From Actinomycetes bacterium (GTDB taxonomy: Bacteria > Actinomycetota > Actinomycetes > JAHEKZ01): 64,000 nucleotides of DNA. The position numbers and the translations under genes were made by a program. This document shows positions 49,470 through 58,917 of the stretch, piece after piece; the stretch's first letter is position 1, and every line of letters starts with the position of its first letter. The notes below the pieces were generated by a model. It searched no databases and was not told the origin of the DNA. It was given only the letters and a program-made list of their open reading frames with translations. The stretch is from contig JAHEKZ010000001.1 of the NCBI GenBank assembly GCA_024644435.1, forward strand, positions 1,703 through 65,702, in the 5' to 3' direction.

Positions 49470-50411
49470 GTGTCCGACGACGCTCCCACCCCTGCCTCAC
49501 TGCCCGCCCTGGCCGTCACCGGCCTGGTCAAGCGGTACGGCGAGCGCGTTGTCGTGGACTCACTCGACCTGAGCGCCGCCCAGGGAGCCGTCACGGCCGT
49601 CCTGGGCCCCAACGGTGCAGGTAAGACCACCACCCTTGAGATCTGTGAGGGCCTGCGGAGTGCTGACTCCGGTGACGTCCGGGTGCTCGGACGCCCGCCG
49701 CGCGACCTGACCTTGCGCGCCAGGGTGGGGGTGATGCTGCAGGAGGGAGGCGTCTACGGGTCGGTGTCGGTGGCCGAAGCGCTCACGCACGCAGCCGCCC
49801 TGTACCGATCACCTCAGCGGGTGGGCGACCTGATCGCCGTGCTCGGGCTGACGGACGTGGCCACGGTGCCTTCACGGCGGCTCTCCGGCGGCCAACGACA
49901 GCGGCTCGGCGTGGCGCTGGCGATCGTCGGCCGCCCCGAACTGGTCTTTCTCGACGAGCCGACCGCCGGACTCGACCCGCAGTCGAGGCGCGCCGTGTGG
50001 GAGCTGATCGCGACGCTTCGCGACTCAGGGGTGGCGGTGGTCCTGACCACGCACTACCTGGAGGAGGCCGAGAACCTCGCGGACCACGTCGTGATCATGG
50101 ACCACGGCCGTACCCTGGCGTCCGGCCACCCGCGCGACCTCGTCTCGTCGGTGGCCTCACAGACGCTGCGGTTCACCGCCGATGCCGGGCTCGACCTGCA
50201 CGGCCTTGCGGAGCGTCTGCCCCCGGGCAGCACCACGGTCGAGGCCTCCCCCGGTACCTACGTGGTGACCTCGCCCCACCTGTCCGACGCCATGGGCCAC
50301 GTCTCTGCCTGGTGCGTCAGCCTCGGGATCCACCCCACGAGCCTCAGCTCGGAGCAGCGGACCCTCGAGGATGTCTTCCTCGACCTCACCGGCGAGGAGC
50401 TGCGCCCATGA
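49470..50411 (+). CDS. ABC transporter ATP-binding protein (ABC-2 type)
   Basis: GPNGAGKTT, LSGGQRQRLGVALA, VFLDEPTAGLD. Confidence 0.85.
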   Translation: MSDDAPTPASLPALAVTGLVKRYGERVVVDSLDLSAAQGAVTAVLGPNGAGKTTTLEICEGLRSADSGDVRVLGRPPRDLTLRARVGVMLQEGGVYGSVSVAEALTHAAALYRSPQRVGDLIAVLGLTDVATVPSRRLSGGQRQRLGVALAIVGRPELVFLDEPTAGLDPQSRRAVWELIATLRDSGVAVVLTTHYLEEAENLADHVVIMDHGRTLASGHPRDLVSSVASQTLRFTADAGLDLHGLAERLPPGSTTVEASPGTYVVTSPHLSDAMGHVSAWCVSLGIHPTSLSSEQRTLEDVFLDLTGEELRP

Positions 50412-51178
50412 GTCTCGACGTCCGGCCGAAGTCCGCCCCCGCACCCCGGCGACGGCGAGTTCTGGCACACGCCCGCCTCGAGCTGGTGATGCTGCTCCGC
50501 AACGGCGAACAGCTGCTGCTGACGGTCGTGCTCCCACTCGGACTGCTGATCGGGCTCACGCTCACCGACATCATCGACGTCGGCGGAACGACTCGCGCGG
50601 ACCGCCTGGCCATCGTGGTCCCGAGCATGGTGGCCCTGGCCGTTCTCTCTACATCGTTCACGGCCCTGGCCATCCAGACCGGGTTCGAGCGCCGCTACGG
50701 GGTGCTGCGGCGGATCGGCACAACCCCCCTGACCCGGTCCGACGTGCTGGTCGGCAAGTCCCTCGCTGTCCTGGCGATCGAGACGGCCCAGGTCCTGGTC
50801 CTCGGCGGCGTCGGCGCCGCTATGGGCTGGCGCCCAGACGCGATCGGGCTGCTGCTGATGGTCCCGCTGGTACTGCTCGGCAGCGCAGCGCTCGCCGCCC
50901 TCGCCCTCCTGCTGGCCGGCGTCGTGCGCGCTGAGGCGACCTTGGCGCTGGCCAACCTTGCCTATCTCGTCCTGGCCAGCGCCGGTGTGGTGATCCCCGT
51001 CGACAAGGCCCCTGAGCGACTCCAGCCCCTGCTGGACCTGCTGCCATCGGCGGCTCTTGCCGAGAGCCTGCGGATCGCGACCGTCGACGGCTCGGTCGAC
51101 GGATATCTTGTGGCCGTACTCGTGGTGTGGGCGGGTCTGGCGATCGCGGGAGTCAGCCGCTGGTTCCGGTGGGAGTAG
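50408..51178 (+). CDS. ABC-2 type transporter permease
   Basis: Six hydrophobic helices. Trimmed to the ATG at 50408, which overlaps the ATPase stop (ATGA). Confidence 0.75.
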   Translation: MSLDVRPKSAPAPRRRRVLAHARLELVMLLRNGEQLLLTVVLPLGLLIGLTLTDIIDVGGTTRADRLAIVVPSMVALAVLSTSFTALAIQTGFERRYGVLRRIGTTPLTRSDVLVGKSLAVLAIETAQVLVLGGVGAAMGWRPDAIGLLLMVPLVLLGSAALAALALLLAGVVRAEATLALANLAYLVLASAGVVIPVDKAPERLQPLLDLLPSAALAESLRIATVDGSVDGYLVAVLVVWAGLAIAGVSRWFRWE

Positions 51179-51300
51179 GCCCAGAGTCTCGCCAGCAAAC
51201 TTGTTCATAGATTGTGCATCCAAGCGGGAGCCCTGACACGAAGGACAGACATACGGCGGGCGCCGAACGGGCTCCGCCACACCTCGAGGGAGTGACCTTC

Positions 51301-52113
51301 ATGTCTGTTCTTCGTACCGGCCGCGTCGCAGCGGTCCTTGCCCTGGCCACTCCGCTGGCCTTCGTCTCCTTCGGAACCGCCCAGGCTGCATCCGACGCCC
51401 AGGTGTCCGTCCTGCACGGCATTCCTGGCCTGACGGTCGACGTCTACGTCAACGGTGACCTCACTCTCGACAACTTCAAGCCGGGTGACCTCGCCGGACC
51501 ACTGGCCCTGCCCGCCGACACGTACTCCATCGAGATCACCGACAAGGACGACAAGAACACCGTCCTGCTCGGACCGGCAGACGTCGCGGTAGAGGCCGGC
51601 AGCAACTACACCGTCGTGGCCAACCTCGATGCCAAGGGCAACCCGACCGTCACCCCCTTCCAGAACGACATCTCCACCGTCGCCGCCGGAGAGGCGCGCG
51701 TGACGGTTCGCCACGTGGCTGCTGCGCCAAAGGTGAACATCGAGGCCAACGGCGATGTCCTCGCCGCGGGCCTGGTCAACGGCGACGAGGCCGTCGCCGA
51801 CGTTCCTGCGGACTCCTATGACGTGGCGATCGTCCCCGCTTCGGGCGGAGCTGCCGTCTGGGACGAGAACGTCGACCTCGCTGAAGGGGTCAACACGATC
51901 GCCTACGCATGGGGATCGTTGGAGGACGACTCGTTCGCCGTTGCGGTACAGACCATCGACGGACTGCACTCGGCCCCCGGAGCGGTACACGCCGGTGAGG
52001 TCGGCCTGGCCGGCTCCGGCTCAGCTTCCAGCCCGTGGCTGATCGCGGCACTGGCCGGTTCGCTCCTGGTCGGTACCGCTGCCACCGTCCGCTTGGTCCA
52101 GGTTCGCCGCTAG
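51301..52113 (+). CDS. Secreted DUF4397-domain protein with a C-terminal membrane anchor and basic tail (putative sortase substrate)
   Basis: Signal peptide and DUF4397-like repeats (VSVLHGIPGLTVDVYVNGD…). The C-terminus is …VGLAGSGSASSPWLIAALAGSLLVGTAATVRLVQVRR. Trimmed to the ATG at 51301 (RBS GAGGGAG). Confidence 0.7.
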   Translation: MSVLRTGRVAAVLALATPLAFVSFGTAQAASDAQVSVLHGIPGLTVDVYVNGDLTLDNFKPGDLAGPLALPADTYSIEITDKDDKNTVLLGPADVAVEAGSNYTVVANLDAKGNPTVTPFQNDISTVAAGEARVTVRHVAAAPKVNIEANGDVLAAGLVNGDEAVADVPADSYDVAIVPASGGAAVWDENVDLAEGVNTIAYAWGSLEDDSFAVAVQTIDGLHSAPGAVHAGEVGLAGSGSASSPWLIAALAGSLLVGTAATVRLVQVRR

Positions 52114-52140
52114 TCGGCACGACGAGCGACGGACGACCCG

Positions 52141-52824
52141 ATGCGACGAGCACGCGCCACAGTCACCGCGGCAACCGCCTTGGCGGTTGCCGCGGTGACT
52201 GCCGTGTCCGCCTCAGTGGCTCTCGCAACCGGCAGCGACGAATCCTCACTCGCAGAGTTCTCACTGCCGAGGGAGGCAGTCGGACCGGACCCCCGATCGA
52301 TGCCGACACATGCCAGACCCACCGCGGGCACGACGCCCGACACCCGCGATCGCTCGACCGGACCGGGCTCCACAGCCCTCGACCGGCCACGACGCGTATC
52401 GGTTCCGGCTCTTGGCGTGGACGCGAAGGTCCTGCCGACGGGCGTAACCCGGCGCGGTAATGCGCAGATCCCCCGCGATGGAGACGTGATCGGCTGGTAC
52501 GAGTACGGCGCAGCACCTGGCGAACCCCGTGGCAGCACGGTGCTGATCGGGCACCGCGATACGCGCGCCGAGGGCCCAGGAGCGCTGTTCGACCTGGACG
52601 CGCTCACTCCGGGCGCCCGAGTGCGGGTGGCGGATGGCAAGAAGAGCGTCACGTACCGGGTAGTCGAGCTGCGCAGTATCGACAAGGCCGGACTGCCGGG
52701 CTCTCTCTTCCGCCGTGGGGGACCCCACCAGCTCGTCCTCATCACCTGTGGCGGCGCGTACCTGCCTGAGGCGGGTGGCTACCAGGAGAACCTGTTCGCC
52801 GTCGCAGTGCCCGTGGAGCGCTAG
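52141..52824 (+). CDS. Class F sortase
   Basis: N-terminal anchor, catalytic His (LIGHRDT), TLxTC motif (LVLITCGG) and conserved Arg. Confidence 0.8.
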   Translation: MRRARATVTAATALAVAAVTAVSASVALATGSDESSLAEFSLPREAVGPDPRSMPTHARPTAGTTPDTRDRSTGPGSTALDRPRRVSVPALGVDAKVLPTGVTRRGNAQIPRDGDVIGWYEYGAAPGEPRGSTVLIGHRDTRAEGPGALFDLDALTPGARVRVADGKKSVTYRVVELRSIDKAGLPGSLFRRGGPHQLVLITCGGAYLPEAGGYQENLFAVAVPVER

Positions 52825-52826
52825 CC

Positions 52827-53480
52827 GTGACCCTCGTCATCGACTTCCCGCTTCGCGCTACCGTTGTCGACATGCCCACCGACCCGCTGCCGCTCGATCG
52901 CGGCAGGCCGGAGGCCAGTCGCATAGCCGACTCCGCCACCGACGCCGTCGTGGGGAATGCGTTTGCCGACGGTGACGAGTGGGCCCTCGAGGAGGCCTAC
53001 CGGCGCTGGGGCGCACTGATCCACACGGTGGCCCGACGCGCCACGGGCAACTCCCACGACGCCGACGACGTGGCTCAGGCAGTCTTCGTGTCGGCCTGGC
53101 GGGGGCGTCACCGATACTCCCCCGACCGAGCCGCACTCCCGGCGTGGCTGCTCGGCATCACCAAGCGTCGGATCGCTGACCATTGGGATGCGCGGTCCCG
53201 TGAGCAACGTCGAATTGAGGCCGCCGGACATGCATCCGAAGCGATGCCCCAGACCGAAGAGAGTGTGGAGCAGGTTGCCGACCGTGTCCTCATCGCCGAT
53301 GAGCTCTCGCGACTCGACCAGCCCCAGCGACAGATCATGGAGCTCGCGTTCTTTGACGACCTGACTCATCCTCAGATCGCCGAACGTCTCGCCTTGCCGC
53401 TCGGAACGGTCAAGAGTCATATTCGGCGTAGCCTCATCCGGCTACGCAGCCGATTGGAGGTCGACGGTGTCGCAGTCTGA
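52827..53480 (+). CDS. ECF-subfamily RNA polymerase sigma-70 factor
   Basis: Sigma-2 region (DADDVAQAVFVSAWRG) and sigma-4 HTH (LTHPQIAERLALPLGTVKSHIRRSL). Confidence 0.85.
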   Translation: MTLVIDFPLRATVVDMPTDPLPLDRGRPEASRIADSATDAVVGNAFADGDEWALEEAYRRWGALIHTVARRATGNSHDADDVAQAVFVSAWRGRHRYSPDRAALPAWLLGITKRRIADHWDARSREQRRIEAAGHASEAMPQTEESVEQVADRVLIADELSRLDQPQRQIMELAFFDDLTHPQIAERLALPLGTVKSHIRRSLIRLRSRLEVDGVAV

Positions 53481-54213
53481 GATGCATGCACCAGACGACC
53501 TGCTGGCCATGCAGGCCATGGGAGAAGCGCTTCCGGACGCCATGGGGCGCCACGTCTCGTCCTGCCCCCAGTGCCAGGCTGAGCTGGACCAGTGGACGAG
53601 CCTGGTCGCCTCCGGTCGTAGCTCTAGCCCAGACGATGTCCCGGGAGACCCTTCGGAGCGCGTCTGGGAGGCAATAGCCGACGAGCTCGGCATCGGCGTC
53701 GTCACCAAGGAGACCGAAGCCGAAACGCCAGCTCAGGTCGTGAACATCTCCAGCGCGCGTAGACGCTGGTCGACCAGCTGGCTGGTCGCCGCGTCCGTGG
53801 CCGGCATCGTCGGTGGGGCCCTGCTCACGGCGGGGGGTACTGCGCTCAACAGCTCGGAGCCATCGGCCCCGGTCGCAGCACCTCCGGTCATCGCCAGCAC
53901 CTCGCTCGCGGCACTCCCCCAGCACCAGGGCGCCGGAGCCGCCACCATCGTGGAGACCGACGAAGGCGATGAGCTGGTCGTCGATGTGTCCGACCTCAGT
54001 ACGGGTGACGGGTTCTACGAGGTATGGCTGATTGATCCAGAGACATTCCAGATGGTGGGGCTGGGCGCACTCGTCGACGACTCCGGTCGCTTCCCGATTC
54101 CCGACGGGCTCGACCTCAGCCAGTACTCGGTGGTCGACGTTTCGCTCGAGCCCCTCGACGGTGACCCTGTGCACTCGACCGACTCGGTAGTCAGAGGCGA
54201 GCTCTCCGCCTGA
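53467..54213 (+). CDS. Membrane-spanning anti-sigma factor (zinc-finger N-domain, RskA-like C-domain)
   Basis: HxxxCxxC (HVSSCPQCQ), one TM (WLVAASVAGIVGGALLTAGG), and a C-terminal region resembling anti-sigma-K RskA. The start is the GTG at 53467 or the ATG at 53482. Confidence 0.7.
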   Translation: MSQSEMHAPDDLLAMQAMGEALPDAMGRHVSSCPQCQAELDQWTSLVASGRSSSPDDVPGDPSERVWEAIADELGIGVVTKETEAETPAQVVNISSARRRWSTSWLVAASVAGIVGGALLTAGGTALNSSEPSAPVAAPPVIASTSLAALPQHQGAGAATIVETDEGDELVVDVSDLSTGDGFYEVWLIDPETFQMVGLGALVDDSGRFPIPDGLDLSQYSVVDVSLEPLDGDPVHSTDSVVRGELSA

Positions 54214-54231
54214 CGTCGTTAGGCTGACCAG

Positions 54232-55296
54232 GTGTTCTCCCGGCTCACCATGTCATCGGACAGCGGCGCTCTGTCGCCCATCGCCGATGGCAGCACTCCG
54301 TCAGCTCTGGACCGCCCCGTCGGCCCAGTTGGCCCTATCGGTCGGCGCATCCTGCTGGTCAACGTCATCGCTGAAGTGGGCATCGTGGTCACGGGAGGGT
54401 TGGTACGCCTGACCGGCTCGGGTCTCGGCTGCCCCACCTGGCCCGAATGCACCGACGGCAGTCTCGTGCCCCTCACTGCCCAGTCCGAGGGGTTCCACAA
54501 GTTCGTCGAGTTCGGCAACCGTCTACTCACCTTTGCCGTGCTGGTCGCGGCCGTGGCCGCCTTGCTCGTTGTTCTTCGACCGTGGCTGGCCGTTCGCTTC
54601 ACCCGCCTCGGCCGGCTCGCACCCCCAGGAGCTGTTCGCCGGCCGCTCCTCGCACTGGCAGTTGCTGTCATCGTCGGGATCGTGGGCCAGGCGGTGCTGG
54701 GCGGCATCACTGTGCTCCTCGACCTGCATCCTGCAACGGTGGCCGCGCACTTCCTGCTGTCGATCGCGATGATCGGCGCGGCCTACCTGCTCTACCGGCG
54801 GTCAGCTGACCCCGCAGACCAGCCGGTCACGGTCGTCGTGCCCCGCGAGCTGCAGTGGCTGGCCCGCACACTTGTCGTGGTCGGTGTTGGCGTCCTCGCT
54901 CTCGGAACCGTCGTGACCGGGTCGGGGCCGCACTCGGGCGATGCAGACGTCGTCACGCGTTTCTCCCTCGATGTCCGCATGATCAGCTGGTTGCACGCCG
55001 ACGTCGTCCTGGTCTTCGTGGGGCTGGCGCTCGCCTTCACTTTCGCGGCTCGCCTCAGCGGCGCACCCAGGGCTGCGACCCGGGCCGGGCTGGCGCTGCT
55101 GGTCGCGTGTGTCGTTCAGGGGGCGATCGGGTACACCCAGTACTTCACCGGCGTCCCCGTACCGCTGGTGTCGCTGCACATGCTCGGCGCCTGCCTGGTA
55201 TGGATCGCCACCCTGGAGGTGCTGATCAGCACCCGACGACGAGGCGTTCGGTCCCACAGCGGCACCGGCTCGGGCGCGTCAGTCGTTGTCACCTGA
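54232..55296 (+). CDS. ctaA: Heme A synthase (COX15/CtaA family)
   Basis: Polytopic membrane protein with CxxxC (GLGCPTWPEC) and conserved His residues in the TM helices. Confidence 0.8.
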   Translation: MFSRLTMSSDSGALSPIADGSTPSALDRPVGPVGPIGRRILLVNVIAEVGIVVTGGLVRLTGSGLGCPTWPECTDGSLVPLTAQSEGFHKFVEFGNRLLTFAVLVAAVAALLVVLRPWLAVRFTRLGRLAPPGAVRRPLLALAVAVIVGIVGQAVLGGITVLLDLHPATVAAHFLLSIAMIGAAYLLYRRSADPADQPVTVVVPRELQWLARTLVVVGVGVLALGTVVTGSGPHSGDADVVTRFSLDVRMISWLHADVVLVFVGLALAFTFAARLSGAPRAATRAGLALLVACVVQGAIGYTQYFTGVPVPLVSLHMLGACLVWIATLEVLISTRRRGVRSHSGTGSGASVVVT

Positions 55297-55854
55297 GTCG
55301 GAGTCGGTCTCGGTCGTCGCCGTGGGAACCCCACTTCGACACCGCACCTTCATGGTGACCTCGGAGTCCTTGCTCACAAACCGCACCTCCACCTCGGAAG
55401 CCGGACCGCGTTTGACCTCGCTGACGCGGAAGCCGACGGCCGGACTCCACGACCGCAATGTCACCAAGCCCGAGCGACACGCGGCCACGACGCTTCCACC
55501 GCGGGAGGCCAGCGTCCGCACGACCGTCGGAGCCGACGACGTGGTCTGCGTTGCCGACGGACGCGGCGAGCTGGACCCCGTCGGGGTTGGTGTCGGTGTC
55601 GGCTTCGGCTTGTCCGTCGAGTGCTTCTTCGAGTGCTTCTTGGTCGACTTCGAACTCGTGGGCTTGGCGGAAGGCTTGGCCTCATCGGGAGAGCTCGTCG
55701 CCAAGCGGGCGGTGACGTCGCTGGCACTCAGGACCGGCATCGACGCTGGTGTCACCGCGTTGCCCACCATCTGCACCGCGATCCAGCCGCTGGTGATGGC
55801 CACAGCGGCGAAGACCATCCAGAGGGCGACAACACCGCCCCGTTGACCTCTCAT
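55279..55854 (-). CDS. Hypothetical signal-anchored protein with a Thr/Pro/Lys/Ser-rich linker
   Basis: TM helix (VVALWMVFAAVAITSGWIAVQMV), then SKSTKKHSKKHSTDKPKPTPTPTPTGSSSP, then a C-terminal domain of about 90 aa. The start is uncertain (Met at 55854 or 55872). Confidence 0.4.
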   Translation of the reverse strand: MRGQRGGVVALWMVFAAVAITSGWIAVQMVGNAVTPASMPVLSASDVTARLATSSPDEAKPSAKPTSSKSTKKHSKKHSTDKPKPTPTPTPTGSSSPRPSATQTTSSAPTVVRTLASRGGSVVAACRSGLVTLRSWSPAVGFRVSEVKRGPASEVEVRFVSKDSEVTMKVRCRSGVPTATTETDSDSGDND

Positions 55855-55913
55855 ACGACAAGAGTGCCTCATGTCGGGACGGTCATGCGCCACCGGGAGG
55901 CTACGCTCGCCCC

Positions 55914-56600
55914 GTGGCGCAGGTTCTGGTGATTGAGGATGACCCCGCGATCCGGACCGCTGTGCTGCGGGCTCTGGAGGATCTGGGGCATGCCGTGACG
56001 TCAGCACCCGACGCGCTGTCCGGCCTGCATGCAGCGGTCGAGCAGGCTCCTGACATCGTCATTCTCGACCTCGGCCTGCCTGACCTGGACGGGTCAGAGA
56101 TGCTGCGCATGCTGCGGGCCGTCAGCGAGGTGCCCGTGATCGTGGCGACCGCACGCGACGACGATCCGACAGCTGTCCGTGCCCTTAACTCCGGGGCGGA
56201 CGACTTCCTCGCAAAACCGTTCAGCGCCGAGCAGCTCGACGCCAGAATCCGCGCCGTGCTTCGACGCAGCCAGTCGCCCAGCGCCACTGATGACCTGGTC
56301 GTCGGCGGCTTGCTGTTGTCGTCGGCAGCTCGCACCGCCAGTCTCGATGGCGTGCCACTCGAGCTGACGCCACGTGAGTTCGATCTGCTCCAGTACCTGA
56401 TGGAGCGTCCCAACACCGTCGTCGGCAAGCGAGAGCTGCTCACCGAGGTGTGGCGCATGGCCCCCTCCGGAGCCGACAAGACCGTCGACGTGCACGTGTC
56501 GTGGCTCCGACGAAAGCTCGGCGAGACAGCCGCCGAGCCTCGCTACCTTCACACCGTGCGCGGCGTCGGCCTCAAGCTCACGCTCCCGCCGACGGACTAG
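55914..56600 (+). CDS. OmpR-family response regulator
   Basis: Receiver domain (VLVIEDDP…ILDLGLPDLDG) plus a winged-helix domain (LTPREFDLLQYL…VHVSWLRRKL). GTG start. Confidence 0.9.
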   Translation: MAQVLVIEDDPAIRTAVLRALEDLGHAVTSAPDALSGLHAAVEQAPDIVILDLGLPDLDGSEMLRMLRAVSEVPVIVATARDDDPTAVRALNSGADDFLAKPFSAEQLDARIRAVLRRSQSPSATDDLVVGGLLLSSAARTASLDGVPLELTPREFDLLQYLMERPNTVVGKRELLTEVWRMAPSGADKTVDVHVSWLRRKLGETAAEPRYLHTVRGVGLKLTLPPTD

Positions 56601-56603
56601 CCC

Positions 56604-57881
56604 GTGCGACGACGCCTGCTCCTGACCGTCACGGCGACGTCGGTCCTCATCCTGCTCGCGTTTCTCGTACCGCTAGCCATCCTGGTGGGATCTGTTGCAG
56701 AGTCGCGGGCGACGTCGACGGCGGTCCTGCGGGTGCAGTCTCTGGTGCCAGTTGTGGGGCAGGCTCCCGCGCGATCGGTCGCCCTCGCCGTCGAGCTGGT
56801 GAACTCCGACGACGGTCCCCCAGTCACGGTCTACTTCCCCGGTGGGGTGCAGGTAGGCGCGGATGCACCGGTCTCCGATGCCGTGAAGCTCGCCCGCACC
56901 GGACGGACCGTCGTCGTCGACACCGAGTCCGGACGTGAGGTGGCCGTGCCCATCCTCGGGCTCAAGGATGGCACCGCGGTCATCCGCGTACTGATCGGTC
57001 AAGACCAGCTCACCGAGGGCGTGTTCCGAGCCCGGATGGCACTGCTCGGACTCGCCGTGGTGCTGCTGCTGCTGGCCATTGCGATCGGCGACACCCTGGC
57101 CCGATCCTTCATCCGCCCGATCGAGGCAGTGGCTGACACCGCGGGGCACCTGGCGTCCGGTGACCTCGACGCCCGTGTGACACCCGCCGGGCCACCCGAG
57201 ACCCGCTCGGTCGCCATTGCCCTGAACCGGCTCGCGGCCCGGATCATCGACCTCCTGCACGCCGAACGGGAGGCGGTCGCCGATCTGAGCCATCGCCTTC
57301 GCACCCCCGTCACCGCGCTTCGCCTCGACGTCGAGGCGCTCCCCCCAAGTGAGGAGCAGCAGCGTCTCGTGGACGATGTCGGCTCTCTGACGCGAGCGAT
57401 CGACGCGGTCATCAGCGAGGCACGGCGGCCGATTCGCGAAGGGGTTGACGCGCGGTGCGACGCCGTCGCCGTGGTGTCAGCGCGGATCGCGTTCTGGTCG
57501 GCCCTCGCCGAAGACGAGGATCGCCAGGTAGATGTCAGTCTTCCTGCCGGACCACTGCTGGTCGCGAGCACCGCCACGGACCTGTCGGCCTCGGTCGACG
57601 CACTGCTCGGGAACGTGTTCGCGCATACGCCGGCCGGAACAGCCTTCAGTGTCTCGTTGGAGCCACGCCCAGATGGAGCAGCGTTGACCGTCGCCGACGC
57701 CGGCCCGGGCTGGCGGCTCACTCACCCAGAACGACGCGGACGCTCGAGCGCCGGCTCGACCGGGCTCGGTCTCGATATCGCCACTCGAACTGCGGCGGCA
57801 TCGGGTGGGCGCCTGGACCGACGTGACAGCCAAGCAGGTGGCGCTGTGGTCGTGGTGACGCTGGGCCGTCCGGGCGACTAG
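56604..57881 (+). CDS. Sensor histidine kinase (two TM, HAMP, HisKA, HATPase_c)
   Basis: H-box ([14 protein letters not shown]) and G-boxes (GTGLGLDIA). Confidence 0.85.
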   Translation: MRRRLLLTVTATSVLILLAFLVPLAILVGSVAESRATSTAVLRVQSLVPVVGQAPARSVALAVELVNSDDGPPVTVYFPGGVQVGADAPVSDAVKLARTGRTVVVDTESGREVAVPILGLKDGTAVIRVLIGQDQLTEGVFRARMALLGLAVVLLLLAIAIGDTLARSFIRPIEAVADTAGHLASGDLDARVTPAGPPETRSVAIALNRLAARIIDLLHAEREAVADLSHRLRTPVTALRLDVEALPPSEEQQRLVDDVGSLTRAIDAVISEARRPIREGVDARCDAVAVVSARIAFWSALAEDEDRQVDVSLPAGPLLVASTATDLSASVDALLGNVFAHTPAGTAFSVSLEPRPDGAALTVADAGPGWRLTHPERRGRSSAGSTGLGLDIATRTAAASGGRLDRRDSQAGGAVVVVTLGRPGD

Positions 57882-58825
57882 CCGAACGGCAGGAGCGGGT
57901 CGATCCCCACCATCACGAACAGCAGCGTGAGATACGTGATCGACCAGTGGAACAGACGCATCGGGCGCCACTGGTCCTCGGGAAGCCCGGCCAGCACCCG
58001 ACGGCGCAGGCCGACCACCGATCCGAGAAAGACCGCCCCCAGGGCCAGCGCCGCGACCAGGTAGAGCGCGGTGAGGTCGGCCACCGGCCAGAGCAGCAGC
58101 GACGCCGCCACCATGGCCAGTGAGTGACCCAGCATCCGTCTGACGACGACACGCGGCTCAGCGACGACCGGCAGCATCGGCACACCGGCGGCCGCGTAGT
58201 CGTCGCGGAACCTCAACGCCAGCGCCCAGAAGTGCGGTGGCGTCCACCAGAAGACCACACCGAACAGAACCCACGCCGGCCAGGCGAGGGTTCCCGTGAC
58301 CGCCGCCCACCCGATGAGGACCGGCATACAGCCGGCGATCCCTCCCCACACGATGTTTGAGGCCGTACGCCGCTTCAACCCGACCGTGTAGACGATGACG
58401 TAGAAGGCGATCGCGAACAGCGTGAGGCCCGCGGCCAAGAGGTTGACCGTCACCATGATGGCAAGAGACAGCACACCGAGCACGAGGCCGAAGATCAGGG
58501 CCGCCCTGGGCGTGACCTGCTTGGTGGCCAACGGCCGACTACCGGTTCTGCTCATGACGCCGTCGATGTCGCGGTCGACGAAGCAGTTCAGGCTGTTAGC
58601 CGATCCGGCTGCCAGGCTTCCCCCGACGAAGGTCGCCAGCACCAGAGTGAGCGACGGCACTCCGCCGGCCGCCAGGAACATCGTGGGAACGGTCGTGACC
58701 AGCAGCAGCTCGATGATGCGCGGCTTGGTGAGGGCGACGTAGACGCGGATCGTCGCCCACGTTCCTGGTCCAGGTCGGCGTCGTGCGACCGCGACAGAGG
58801 CGGCGTCGACGACGGTCACGTGCAC
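57878..58825 (-). CDS. ctaB: Protoheme IX farnesyltransferase
   Basis: UbiA-family motifs ([20 protein letters not shown]); polytopic. Confidence 0.9.
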   Translation of the reverse strand: MHVTVVDAASVAVARRRPGPGTWATIRVYVALTKPRIIELLLVTTVPTMFLAAGGVPSLTLVLATFVGGSLAAGSANSLNCFVDRDIDGVMSRTGSRPLATKQVTPRAALIFGLVLGVLSLAIMVTVNLLAAGLTLFAIAFYVIVYTVGLKRRTASNIVWGGIAGCMPVLIGWAAVTGTLAWPAWVLFGVVFWWTPPHFWALALRFRDDYAAAGVPMLPVVAEPRVVVRRMLGHSLAMVAASLLLWPVADLTALYLVAALALGAVFLGSVVGLRRRVLAGLPEDQWRPMRLFHWSITYLTLLFVMVGIDPLLPFG

Positions 58826-58917
58826 CCCTTCGCTGGTCGAGATCTGCCAAGGCCGATTTGGGCCCCGGGCCGACGCTCACTCTATCCCGGTAGGCTCTCG
58901 ACGAGGCGGCCCATCCC

